Source: Raillietiella orientalis
Taxonomy: Eukaryota
DNA: 64,000 nt
Direction of reading: 5' to 3'
Assembly (NCBI GenBank): GCA_036172245.1
Contig: JAYWIR010000025.1
Span: forward strand, 930,001-994,000
Shown here: positions 1 to 12,450 of the stretch, piece after piece
Layout: each line of letters starts with the position of its first letter
Numbering within the stretch: the stretch's first letter is position 1
Made by a program: the position numbers and the translations under genes
Notes under the pieces: model-generated
The model's input: only the letters and a program-made list of their open reading frames with translations
What the model was told of the DNA's origin: nothing
The model's database searches: none

Positions 1-429
1 TCTTTGTTACCGACTGCAGTTCTCTAGACGAACATGAACAGCTAAAAGAAATATGGCGCTAGAGTGCACTTCATTTTAAATAATGGATAACGTTCATTCA
101 TCATACATGACTATGCTTGTATGTTTATGTCTGACGTCTCAGAATTCCCCAAGTCAACATTGAAGGATCTTTGTCGAATTATTATAATCAACAAGAAAGT
201 TGTTTTGACATTAACGTGTGTTGCTGAAAGCCGAGAAGAGATTCTTAGTTCCTTCTTTAGTGAAATATCTGTTTGGGGGAAAAAAAAAATTTCATGCATG
301 CCTTTTTCTATCATGAAGGAAATTCACGGATGCCAGATCGCATCAGACTCTTTCCTGTTCACGTCATTCTACCCCTAATCGTGATGACCTTGCAAGGAGC
401 ACGTATTTTTTTGCAAAGGTCATGAACGA

Positions 430-2560
430 CTGCTTGTTTACCGACACGCAAGTGGTCGACTGCAATGCTGACTCATGGCTGAACAAGACCAATGGCAAGA
501 TAAATATGTTTGCTGCAAAAGTGTACAGCATTTTCTAACTAGTGGTTCATGAAGAAATCTTTCATCTGTGGTATGAAAGCAATTTCTGGCTAGTGCTTCT
601 GGCACTCGTAGATCGTGTATATTTAGGTAGGTCACAATCTTACATGTTGACGAGAGCTTACTTCGTTTTCGGCCTGCCTTCTACTCTGACCTGTGATACA
701 CAACGGCGAACTGGAAGAGTCACTTGGAAGACGATCAACTGGAATCGCCTGGTTCTTACACAACCAGGCAACAACGTACACAACAAGAATGCCAGGAAAC
801 AGAGTATTTTGGTGGATCTGCATGTGATAGCTAGTTGCCATTTGTTCCCTGCTACAAGGGACACCGTGCGGTTTTTATTTCGTGGAGTTCCGAATCGACC
901 ATGAAAGGAACAAGACAGTTTTGGACAAGAACACACTCCTCCTCTATTAAAACGCAACTGAACTCACCATCTTTATCGAGAGCACTGCAAAGAGCATGCA
1001 GTTGATCTGCGAAGGCACAACAAAGCGTGTCTTGCAGGTTGACCCTTGCCTGACCTCCATTGATCAGATGAAATATAAACCTCTTCGGAAAATCGACTGG
1101 AATTTCTTCCTGACTTTCACCCAATCACACGACCAGGAAACAATGTACATAACACGGTTATCAGGAAGAAGAGTACTTGGTCGGATACGCATTCAACAGT
1201 CAGTTGTAAGTGGAAAGTTTTACTACTTATCTGCCATTGTACTCGTGCAGCCATGCGTCAGCATTAAGTTCCACCATTTGCGTGTCATTTACTCAGTAAA
1301 CAAGTAGTCGTTCATGATCTGCTCGAAAAAATACATGCTTCTGGTAAGTGCTGGTGTGTACGCCTGGGTCTTGAGACCTTGCCGATGATTTCAGCGCGCA
1401 GGACGCTCACTTTGAGATGGTCCATGTCCCGAAGAAGGTAGTGCCAAAAGGAGGAGACATCAGTCAAAACTTTCACTCATCCTTCGTCAGTGACACCTTA
1501 GCAGAGTATCCTGTTCAAAGGTCGGCATCCCCGTTAGCTCTTGAGGTCCGTCCTCGCTGAATGTTGCTGACTTCCAATCACTAACTAACGATGCTTCGAA
1601 CTATCTGTTAGCAGCTCGAAGCATCATTTGATAATATGTCACAGTAGAAACGTTTCGCACTGCTTTTCTGCCAAAACGCTGAGCATGAGGAGCACACTGA
1701 AGGACCGAGAGGTTAAGCCAGACTCTTTGGTCCACCAAACTTGATTAGGCTCGTGGTCGGCCTGAGAAGGAAGCTTCGAAGGCAAGAATCTCGGTTTTTA
1801 TTTTGCATAGGAGACCAGAAAGTCTCGAGGACTTTGGACAGCCCACTGCTTGGCTTTGCCTCCAACTCGTGCTTGGGACTGCAAAAAAAAGGCTCCTGAG
1901 GTTTTCCTTGGGAGAGCTGCAACACATGGATTTCGAACTACAAAAAGGCCACCATCCTTCGCCGTTTGGGAAAACCCAAGGAACTGATAGAGCGTAGCTC
2001 CAAGCTGTGAAGTGACATAAGCGATCAGAAGTGCAACTTCGACCGTGAGCCAGTGAGATGGCTATCTTGCAAAAACTGATCCAGGATGCGACTGCAGAAA
2101 TCAAGAAGATCTACGACTTCAAGACTTGTACTTCAGAACCTACGTCTTCAAAGATGGGGCCAGGAGGTGCAAGCTGGTTGTATTCAGCTGTATGCAAGCT
2201 GGTTGGAGGAGGTGGCGCAAGATGTGGACTTGCAGAATCCTCACTCTTACACTTCGGAATCTTATGAAGATCAGGCACAGGACATCATGAACGTGACGAA
2301 ATTCAAGCAAGGACTGAGTCTGTATTCATTCCCAAGACTGGCACACTCTTGCGAAAAGTTTCTGGTCATAGCCCTACCCCCCTGAAGAGGTACTCCAGTC
2401 TCAGCTTCGTCTTACTGAAAGTCTGTGCTGAGAAGGGTTTTCCACCGAAGGATTAAAATCAACGGATATCCCAACTGTGGACGAAAGAAAAAAGAGGCTG
2501 CAACTCAGCATAATGGTAGTAGAGGCTATTAAGTTAGTGTTTTGAAAAAGAGTGGTGTAT
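430..2560 (+). mobile_element. Degenerate hAT-superfamily transposase relic
   Basis: Broken reading frames carry hAT-like motifs in the expected order: RLSQTLWSTKLD at ~1709 (cf. LSxTRWS), then FPRLAHSCEKFLVIALP (~2330) and CAEKGF (~2425), resembling the C-terminal dimerisation motif (P-L-LA...ERxFS). Many stops and frameshifts; boundaries approximate. Confidence 0.4.
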
Positions 2561-3806
2561 GTGGATGCCTCGCACGTAACAGATTTCGAAAAGTCTCGGC
2601 ACTGTTGATAGGAAACTTGTCCAGCACCAACAGTAACCAACAGTGCTTACAAACCATGTCTTGAGAGGAAACCGGATGCAGGCGACTCTCGTAACAAACC
2701 TAAAAATACGTCTAGCAACAAGCATCTAAGGTAGACCATATAATTCTTTTCAACGTGTGTCAGGTTAGATTCGCTCGAGGGGAATTCATTGGTACTTTTC
2801 ATTAGGATCTACACGATACTCGATTGCTAATCTACCTCCGGCCCAAGATTCGCTCAAGAACTCTCGATTCTCATCGTCTTCGCCAGCCCTTCATCCTTTG
2901 AAGACAACAGGATGCAAGTTCTCAAGAAGAAGGATATTTATAGACGGGATGCTCAAAGCAATTTTCCTAATAGAGCTCTTAAAGAGTCTGCCTTTGATTG
3001 CTTGTAATGCTATAGAAGTATCTTCCTCAAGACCATTTTCTTCAAATGTGCTCAACAGCTTAAGCGGGCATCGACTTCGTCTTCCATGTAATGGAAACAG
3101 ACTGAGGCAGTGATCTCAATTATGGCTTGCTAAGGCGTTTGCGCGGGCGGTGCTGTCTGCCAGAGCGAAACGGGGGCTCTGGCGGCACGGTTGCTTCCTT
3201 TCGAGACCAGCATCCTCTCTCGGTCACTTCCCTGTTCGTTCCTTTTCTTGACCGGGGGGGTCGTGGACACTCCACGGACATCTCCGGAGCGTCGTTTCCA
3301 TCTTCAGCATCCTCCCCCCATGGAGGAAGGAGAGAGAGATTGGAGGATGGAGAAGAGCGTCCTCGAAGAGGATGAGGTTGGCACTCATTCCGGAGCTTTT
3401 GCGCAGCTCCGTTCCCGTGACCGATGGGAGTGGAAATGTTCCGCCGGTCGCCGAGCTGGGGCATCCTCAGGGAACCTCGATCAGTGGGAAAAATTCGGAA
3501 GCTTCCGGTACACACTCAGCAGCTGGTCACACGAGACGTGAGGGCCGTGAGACCTTTCCCTCGATGGGCCGGCCGAGTGGCGGAAGGGCTCGCTCACGTA
3601 TCTCCACTGCATGGCTTCTCTCCACGCACTTGCGTGTTGGAGGTAGGGTGGTGCCGATGGTGATGGCTGTGGTAGCACAAGCTCGCGTGCACATGGCTGC
3701 TAGGTCAGCCACTTTCGATGGGTGCCGAAAATAACCCCGTTCAGATTGACGGAAAATTTCGGGTGATGGAAATCCTTTGGGACCTTTTCTGTTTCCCACC
3801 AGCTTA

Positions 3807-4650
3807 TTTTTTTTGGTTCCCCAAGTACTCGGGAACCCTTCGCCTGGAGACTCACAAAGCTCCTCAACTCTGTTCCACGCCACCCGAGGGTGCGTGTAAC
3901 AAGTTAGGGAACACCCCGGGAGGGGACACTCTATGAATCCTGGAAGCACCTCCGGAAGAAGGGGTCTGTTCCTCTCACGCTTGGGAGCGAGCCCTGAAGG
4001 GAGCCACTCGCCACCTTGGTTGACTCCGAGGGGAATCCAGAGAGGAACCTCTTTCCTATTCTCACCGGAGGCACTCCCCGGTTTGTGCGGACCACTCGTT
4101 TCTTCTCCGAAAAAAAACCCGAGAGGAATTCGCTCCTGGAATTTCTTCTCCAGAGGGACCCCCTGGAAAGGATCCGTTCCTTGTTTCCTCCTCTGAAGAG
4201 AACCCCGAAGCACGCTTCTCGATTTCTCTAAAGAGGAGCTCCCCAAAGGGCACAGCACGCTTCTTCAGTACGCTTCTTCAGCACGCTCTGGAGAGGTCTT
4301 AACCAGTTCCATGGTACCAGATGGGGGCCTCTTCCCTAAGGGAATGGAGCGAATCCATTTGCACTACAGGAGGGGGGGAGACCCGAAGGAAACCGGCTAC
4401 CTGATGTCCTGGAAGGACCCCGGAGAGTCAACTTCCAATCCCAGCCACTAATCGTGAGCATCTGGCTTCCGGTTTCCACCAGTGCAGTGACCTCTGGTGC
4501 TCATGAACACCCGCACCCTCCCCTTCAAGTAGGTCAACATTGATGCTGCACTGGGGTCTCCCGTGCAACGCCGGCCGGTATCACTGGACCCGAGGGGCAG
4601 ATGTCCACCCAAACTGCAAGGTGCGGGAAACGAGAATCCCTCCCGCATCT
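3807..4650 (-). mobile_element. tRNA-headed SINE-like element, copy A (degenerate head)
   Basis: 3807-4480 aligns closely by eye with 58763-59460 (e.g. tgaatcc(t/a)ggaagcacctccggaagaaggggtc; gtcctggaaggaccccggagagtcaactt). T8 at 3807-3814 is the A-tail on the element strand. A degenerate tRNA-like 3' arm lies at ~4560-4605. Confidence 0.8.
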
Positions 4651-5189
4651 CCTAGTGGACTGTGTTGCCCTCCGCCTCCTTTTGGGACACTTTGCCGCGA
4701 CCCTTGGAACCTCCGGCGGTAACGCCAGAGACGTTTGAAAGCGCGTCTTCCTGCGCGACGCCCTCACGCCGGCCACATCCCTAGCAGCATTGTGCTGCTT
4801 ACGCGGGATCGTGGTCGCATGAAGCAATGCAAGAAGAGGCCACGACGGCAGGGACGCCATCTATTCTGCTGCCCTCTTCGTGAGGATACGTCATGATGGT
4901 CCCATCTGGGAGTCTTGAAACAGAAACTTTCCGGCATCCTTACAAGTTGCAGAGGAAGTCCTCCAGCACACGATAATCCCTTCCCGAACCCCCCATTTTT
5001 TTGACCGTATGTTTCTTGTTTTGTTTTCGTTTTCTTTTTGTTGGTCTCCCTTTCCCCTGAGCTGCCGAGGTGAACACCGCTGGCCTGCGTGCCATTTCCC
5101 GGCAGGTTTTTTCTCGTAGTTAGAAGTAACGTGGCAGGATTAAACGTGCTGCAACAGACGTGTATGTTTATTTTGTAAATAAATGCCCC

Positions 5190-5358
5190 CACGTGACCGA
5201 AGCCTATAAGGTCAACCAGCGTCATCCTGTTGGAGGGGGGGGGGGACTCGAAACCCACCTTGCACCCTCCGCTCTCGGCGTCGATCCTCCACGTAGTGAG
5301 TTCGAACTCGCAACGCTTGGCACCACGCGCGGAGACCACGGCTACACCGCTACCAACA
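5190..5358 (-). mobile_element. tRNA-headed SINE-like element, copy B (head only)
   Basis: The reverse strand reads tgtagccgtggtctccgcgcgtggtgccaagcgttgcgagttcgaactc...ggatgacgctggttgacc, matching the heads at 6912, 51423 and 59620. B-box-like GTTCGAA present. Confidence 0.75.
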
Positions 5359-6911
5359 AGGGCTTCTTCCTCTTCTTTTGAATGGGTTGAAGAGTTTGAG
5401 TTTGAGGAGAGGAAGGCGAGCCCCCCACTTTGCAGGGTGCGTTCGTGTCTCTCGACGCTTGTGAGGGACCAGCGCCTTATGGTCCTGAGTCCTTGCAGGA
5501 TGGCACTCAAGCTAGGTGAATATGGGTAAGCGCAGACGTGGGTCCGCTGAAGTAGGGGCGTTGTCGCCAAAAGGTGGCTCAACTGGGTACGTACTCAAGG
5601 GATGGAATTAGGTCATTCTTCGCCGAGCTGAGCGGGAGTGGGTGGTGGTTGCTGGCAGGGAGGTCGGGAATCTGAGGTGGGCTGGTCGGCAGGTGTCAGG
5701 AAGCGTTTCGCTGAGAGCGATGCGCGAACGCCCGCCCTCTGGTGCTGCTCTAGAGAGCTGTTCCCGAGACCGGCTTGAATGGAGTCCCTTGATGCAGGAG
5801 GTCTGATCCCCCCTCGGATTTTCCCTGGCGACTGGTTTGGACTCTGCTCGGGGAAACCGAAGCACAGATCGGTTGCTATGGAGCTTGCCCTTGTTCGGTC
5901 TACCGCAGTCGGACGCGCAGACCACAGGAGGGGATCCTCCCAAAACAAAGGGAGAGGGAGTCCCTCGGTTAGGCACTGCTGCCCTACTCTTCCGCGTACT
6001 TGTCCAATAGGCCGAAGCAGCCCTAGGGCTGACGTCGGAAATGAGTAACGTCGGGCGGCCCTCCCTAGCACAGGAGGCACGGGAACTGAGCGCATCCCAC
6101 CCGCTGGGCGAGGGGGCTCCACCACTCGGGAACGCCCACTTCCGGAACGTCAGCGGGGCGTTCCCGAGCTCCTGGGACGCATCGTGAGAGTCGCCGCTCG
6201 CTCGTTACGTCGGACGCCAGCAATGGCGCGCGGCGGAAACGAGGAAGGGGGAGGAAACGGGTTTCCGGTAGACGATTCCGGTGCCCGCGCCCTCCGAGCG
6301 CTCCTTCCTCTCTCCTTGCTCTCGCGAGTCCCTTCGGTCTGCTGCTGCTTCTCCTCCCCCTTCCCCTTCATCGTTCGCCCTTCCTCTCTTCCGCCGGGAT
6401 CATCTGGCGAAAGGAAGCTGCTGCACGCGAGCGTGCGCAGCTTCCTTTAGCGAGATGCAGCAACCCTGCCTCTTTAGCTGGCGCGCGGTGGCTGCCAGGA
6501 GGCGCGCGCAAGCAGCAGTCTCCGGGAGCGATTGTCGAGCGATTCTGGGGAAAGGGGGAGGCACGAAGATCCACCTTTCTCCCCCCGAGGCGAACTTCCT
6601 TGCCACAGACAGAGCGCTGAAGTTTCTAGCCATGAGCGAAAGCATGCGTCGCGAGGGAGGAGGGTCCAAAAGGACCGCGCAGCTTCCGTCGCCATGGAGG
6701 CGGCACGGAACGCAGACCAACTCTCCGACACTCCTTCCGCTCGGTGGCTGCCGGTCCACGACCTCGGGGGCAGTCCGCGGCTTCGCTGCCAACCCGATCC
6801 CCGCTCGAGGGGCGCGGCAAGACAACACGTTTGCCCCGGGGGAGGAGAGAGGAGTGGCAGACGAGTGAGCGATGCACAGATGCCCGAGGTTCGGGAAGAA
6901 CGCCCACGTCC

Positions 6912-7200
6912 GCGCTGGCGAACGCGTGGCTGCGGTTTCCGCACGCACTGCCAGACATCGCGGGTTCGAATCCTGAGAAATGAGTGTGTCGTGGATGACG
7001 CTGGTTGACCTACATGCTTCGGATGCGAGCTCTGGTATAAGACAGATGCCTCCGTTGAGTGGCCGAGATTGGAAGTCGGCTCTCCGGGATCCTTACACGA
7101 ATCAAGGAGCCGACTCCCTTCGAGTTTCCCTCCGGTTGCGAAAGTAACACCGCCTCTACCTTGGAGGTAAGGTGGGGGATCTCCACCCCTTTCCATAGCT
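6912..7200 (+). mobile_element. tRNA-headed SINE-like element, copy C (3'-truncated)
   Basis: Perfect B-box GGTTCGAATCC at 6963-6973, followed by ggatgacgctggttgacc, gaatcaagga and ccctccggttg, all shared with copy D at 51540-51690. Confidence 0.75.
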
Positions 7201-8089
7201 CCTCCCCTCTCCGGGAGGTGGGTCTTTCGCGGACGAGCTCGCGGCGTCGCGACCGCACCTCCATCGCACATCGTGCCCGACGGGCGGGTCCATCGACGGG
7301 GAGAAGACCAAGGCGGTTGCCTGGATTCGGTTTCTCGAAACCAATCTCAAGGGTAGTGCTGAAAGAAGCGAGAGGGTTCGCAATGGCAGCTGCATCAGAC
7401 GCGCGCCTCGGAAGAGCTGGACACGAGGGCCATGCACGCTGAGCGCTCCTCCCCACATCCGGCGGCAGTGGAAGCGGCGGCAGAGCACCCGCGAAGTTAG
7501 CTCGCAGCGGGCGAGGTGCCGGGAGCCCCCTGCAAGGCCGGCGACGAGGGCGGAGTCTCCCCGGAAACGATCCGTTGAGATTTGCCGCTTCCGTCGTCCG
7601 CCCTGCTCGCGGCGAGACCCGCCACGCGGCACTGCTCCGACGCGAGGACGTCGGGAGGGTGGGACGTGTGGGAGGAAGGAAGGAAGGCTTTCGCGCCCTT
7701 CCAAAGCTGTCCCTCTGCACGCCGAAGACCTACAACTTCAGTCTTCCTCTCTTGCAGGTCCGTGGCACCGCCGCGCTCGTGGCTAAGTCGCGGACGGGGG
7801 GCAGGGGAGGTGCCCGGAACGCTTAGCGCGTGTGACCTTCTCATCAAGGAGACAAGGGAAGGGGGGAGGGGTGCGGCCGGTTACCAGTGCTCCCCCTCTT
7901 TGCCCCCTCTGCCACACCTGCGCTCGGTGGACGTGACGCGTTGCGCGCCGGCTGACTGGCCGGGCGGCGCTCCATCTTCGCAGGTCAAGGACGCGTGGCG
8001 GTGTCCTTGCCGCGCTCTCGGGGGAGGAGACACTCACTCAACCAGAGTCGCGCCCTTTGTCGTTGCTGCTGCTGTCATGGCTGCTGCAT

Positions 8090-8830
8090 TTGTCATTCCT
8101 CCTGTTGCCTCTGTGTTTCTGGTGGCAGACCACCGGCGTGAAGCTCCTCGCTCCCCGCAGATCCTGATGGACCCGAGAGACCCTGGAAGACTGGACATGG
8201 AGCTGGAAGGGGATCTTCAGAATTTCCTTCTCCCCGTGCACTCTTCATGGATTGTTCGTCCGTGCCCGTGAGACAATTGAGAGATCATCTGTGAGAATGA
8301 GTCACTCAGTTGCCATCTGGCACATGGCTCTTGATCTCCATCTTGGACCAGCGTAAATGGAGACCAAGAAGTCCTCCTGCTTTCCTTTCAGTCCTCGCAC
8401 CGGAGCTTCTTTTTCTGATCAAGAGCCGTTCCTACCTGACATGGACCTACCGTAGATCACCATGCCTTGCATGAGAGATCAAGAACGGGTCTCCACAGCC
8501 CACACCAATTATGCAAGCAGAGGACTGAACTCGGGACACCTCCCGCTTCAGCGCCATCCACAGAAGAGGAATGAAAGAATCTGCCACGGAAGAGCCTGTC
8601 TCCTCCAGGGACTCGCTCAAGCCCACCTCCCATTCTCACCCCTTAAATGTGCCTGCCCTGAGGCGAACGGAAGACTCCTCGCATCAGGACGTGTAGCACA
8701 GTGCAAGGGAAACCTTCGATGCAAGGATCGTCCTCTTTGGAAACCTCCTGGATGTCACGCTGAAGACACCAGCAGTGTGAAGGGACTCATTCGCTTCCTT
8801 CGCAAATCCACCGGTCAACGGACTGAGCGT
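8090..8830 (+). mobile_element. Degenerate Ty3/gypsy integrase relic
   Basis: Motifs in colinear order across frameshifts: FVIPP..H, WIVRPCP* (CxxC-like), WHMALDLHLGP, DQERVS (SDQG-like) and HPQKRNER (HPQxNGxxER-like). Confidence 0.4.
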
Positions 8831-8921
8831 CGTTAGAAATAGACCGCCTTTGGGGAAATGGAAACATCGGATTCTGTACATCATCAGCAAAACGCTAGAT
8901 GGCAGAGCGCAATGACGGAAA

Positions 8922-8948
8922 GGTGGTGGTGGTGGTGGTGGTGGTGGT
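8922..8948 (+). repeat. (GGT)9 microsatellite
   Basis: Directly visible tandem GGT x9. Confidence 0.95.
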
Positions 8949-9039
8949 AGTGTTTCCCAGGGTAGGAATCATGGCGATGCGGAAGGGTGGCGTCAGTCTT
9001 TTTCCTTTCTTCTTCTCATGGTCATGCAGGTTTATCCTT

Positions 9040-9400
9040 ACTGGAGATTAATTAGCAGACGTGGTTTATGAGGGATGTCAAAGATCGTTTTGGATGAGAT
9101 TCTGCCATGTCAGGGAGTGGCTGCTTTCCATTCCCACTTTCCATCCGATGCACACATGCTGGTGGCTCTCAGTGTTTGCTTGAGTTGTATTTCTTTTTTA
9201 AGGATGGGAGGGGAGGGGGGCGCAGAAGGGGAAACACTCCATCGAACCAGTGGTTGAAGAGGATTGGTTTACGGGGATGTAAATTTCGAGTATTCGGTGA
9301 TTCTTTCTCGATCCTGGCAAGATACATGAGAGGCAGCGATCGGGAAAGTCTATGGGGGTGATTGCCTTCATCAACTTCCGGCTTCTGCAGAGATCGATAC
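9040..9400 (-). mobile_element. Possible non-LTR reverse transcriptase relic
   Basis: Minus-strand fragments RKPILF and W-NL...FDIPH weakly resemble the RT motifs RPI and WLDL..AFxSVPH. Confidence 0.25.
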
Positions 9401-9517
9401 TTTATGAAGACCGCTGTGCTCGGACCGTTCCGGTCATCCGCTAGGGCCTCGCGTTCGCTCCAGGACTGTGCTGTGGGTCACGGTTTTGGAAAGTAGAACG
9501 GATGCCAGTTTTTTTTG

Positions 9518-9630
9518 GATGACACAGAGGCCACCTTCTGCAGAAGAAGTGTCACGGCGATAAATGAGCACTCGTCAGGTTGCAAGAGGGTTGCAGTTCT
9601 TCGGTCAATCACGAGCTCTTGGGAATGACC
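9518..9630 (+). repeat. Dispersed repeat, copy 1 (pairs with 14763-14900)
   Basis: gatgacacagaggccaccttc...taaatgagcactcgtc...gggttgc...cggtcaatcacgagctc...ggaatgacc aligns with gatgacacagaggccgccttc...taaatgggcgctcgtc...gggttgc...cggtaaaccaggagctc...ggaacgacc. Confidence 0.75.
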
Positions 9631-11599
9631 TTGAAGTTTACACCCGAAGGATCCTACCGGTCTTTTTTCCCCTCTTCTCTTTAGTGTTATCCGTCCTTTG
9701 TTGCATGAGTACCCTCCAGTTTCGCCGACTGTCAGATGAGTTGTCTTTCTGGAGCAGTCAGTGCTGGTGCGACGGGACCCAGGAGGGCGCTGTTCACGTA
9801 CGGATCCGACGAAAGGTGGTCGAAACCCAGGCAGTTTGAACCATGCACTACGCGCTCATCCTGTATCCCTTTCCCGAAAGTCTGAGCAGCAACGAACCTT
9901 TTGCACGACCGCCCTGGTTACCCACGGGAGAAAGGAAGAACGTCATTAGCGCCGGGTCATTTCCATTGTTTACCTTTCAACGTGCTGGGTGGGTGCATTT
10001 GCATAGGCGAGCTTCGGGGCCGTTCCAGCGTCGAGAGCTCCGCGGGGGCCGCGGGTTTTCCATGGCTGGCTGAGAGGACGGGAGGGAGTAGAAGGGAAGC
10101 GCATAGTGGATACCTGAGAAGGCGCGGTCACGACCGCTCCCAGCAAATGCTGTCGAATGCTGCCTGGATTCACGTAGGGAAAGCAGACTCCACGGCTCCG
10201 TACAGCAGAGAAGCTCGATACATCATCTTTGGCGCCGGAAGCCACGGAAACTGGCGTGGAGGAGGAAAGGAGAACTGCAGCCGCACGGCGTTTCGTGATC
10301 CTCCCTGGAGACGCACTGGCGGAAGGCAGCAGAGGATGCTGCGGATGCTGCAAGGGGTGGGGAGAAGGAGGAATTTTCTCAGGAACGTGTTCTGCGCGCA
10401 GAGCCCCACTGCGTAGTGAGGTAGCCGTGAAAACGAACGAAAGCGGGAGACGGCTTGCCTCCACCTGGGAAGTACTCCCTTCCTGCCCCCTCTGGCGGGC
10501 GGCAGACGCTCGTCCGAATGGAGAACGAGTCCTGGTATTTCCTGTTCTGACGTCACGGGGCCTCGGGCGAGGCTAGATAGGCGGCAGAAGGCCCCCGCCT
10601 CCAATCCTGAGGAGCCCTCGCCTGGTAGATTCTTTATCACCTGGCTGCTTGCCCCTCCAAGTTCCCTCCTGGAAGCCCTGAGCGGAGTCTGGAGGGAAAA
10701 ACTGACACCCCAAGGCATCCTGGATGCCGAAAAGCAGCTCCTTTTTCCGTGATGGTGATGTCGTGTGGAGGAGGAGGAGGAGAGGAGGGGAGGGGAAGAA
10801 ACCAAATAGCTGTTTGGTTTCCTGGGGCCCCCGAGGAGGAGCTGAGAGAGACATCTTCGAGACTCCTTGGTATCGCAGGCGGCGAAGAGTGCTGCAGGAG
10901 AGCTCTCGCCGATGGCGAAGGTGACCAGAACACCCAAGGGCCGCGGGAGGGAGGCGGAAGGAGGGAGCAACTAGCAACTTCCTCTGGGTGTCAGTTTTTG
11001 GGTGGCTCTCCGCCGTTCTGCCCCACTGAAACTGATCGCCCTCCAGTCTGGAGATCAAAGGTGGTCACTGACGCGGACGCTCGAGGTCCCGGTGGCCAGA
11101 AAAAGGGGATGGGAGGGTATAGCGCTGCCCTCTGCTGCGAGACACTTGCTGAGAGGCAGCGCCATTCCTCCTCACCTCTCGAGGCGGGGCGGGTAGGGTA
11201 AGACAACATGGCGCCGAAGGGCGGGCTGAAGGATCGTAGGGGACGACAAGACGCGTGCGAGGAACATCGGATGCGCCACTGGGGAGTGCCACTCTCCCTT
11301 CACCTGACCCGGAGCAGCCGTGGCGTAATTGCAGGCAGCTCGAACTCTTTCGACTGCTCGAATCATGTCGGCAACCCCGTTCCTGCTAATGCAGTCCGAT
11401 TGCTCACAGTTCTATTTGCGGCCCAGAGTTCCCGACGGCTTTCTTCCAGGTGGTCCCCGTACGGCGAGCTTCCTGCTTGTGCTGCACGATCTCTCGGGAG
11501 GCTTCCCTCTTTCCTGATCCCTCGAAGGAGCCCCTCAAGGGAACATTTTCTGGGCGCCGGCCGCTAGCTGGCAACTCTGGAGCAGCCCCAGGAGAATCG

Positions 11600-12450
11600 G
11601 GAGGCAGTGCCATGCTGGACCAGCAGTTCCAGGTCGACCGGCGTCTCGGACCGTGGGAGGGCAAATCCAATTCACCCTCTCGGGAGGCATCTAGAGGAGA
11701 GTCACCCTTCTCAGTCGGCCAGCTGCACCAGGGAACGGCCGGCGGCTCCAAGGAGGAGTCTCCTTCCGTGCCTGGCGCGTGCTCCAAGATAGCGCTGGGG
11801 AGCAAACGTTCTCCCCGAGCTCGTCGTAAGGAAGGAGAGGGACATTGGGGGAGCTCGCTCATGTCACCCTCATCGCCGTCTCCCGTCTCCCAGTGGCATC
11901 ACGAGGCTCTTCTGCTTCTCCCGGACCTCTCGGAGAGCGGAGAGCGCGGTCCATGCCAGGATGGTGGGTGAGGGTAGGTGGGCGGAGTCCTGGAGTCGCA
12001 AGCAAAGCGGAGCAGTGGGAAGGACTTGGAGAGGGAGGGAGGGAAGAGAGGGATGCCGGGAGAAATATATGGAAGAAGAAGAAGCGAGTGTGAGACAAAG
12101 GAGAGGGGGAGAGCGCACCAGCTGTCTCCAGGGGCGGAGGAAGCTTCGGTTTCCAGCAGCAACGCGACAGGTGCGGAAGACACCTGTTCTCTCCCCCGTG
12201 GAGAGACGATCAGTTTTTCAGGGACGCTTGTTCTCCCAGGAAGTTGTTTCTTTGTCCATCCTCCTCCTCCGACTCTGTCCCGTGCTTGACCAGGGCCAGC
12301 AGCAATTCCGACTCCTCCTGCCCAGTTCCTCGTAGACCAGACACCGACGCCGCCATGAGGGCCCAGTCCAGCCTCATAGGGGGACAAGGATCCGGAATGT
12401 TCAGCTACGGAACGATGGATGACTCCAGGTCGGTGTGAGTGCCCCGGGAA
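11600..12450 (-). mobile_element. Possible gypsy integrase C-terminal relic
   Basis: Minus-strand HSGSLSPYEAGLG (cf. HSxTGxSPYE), AWTALSALREVREKQK and ELDLPSH occur in the order expected for the INT tail/GPY-F region. Confidence 0.3.
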
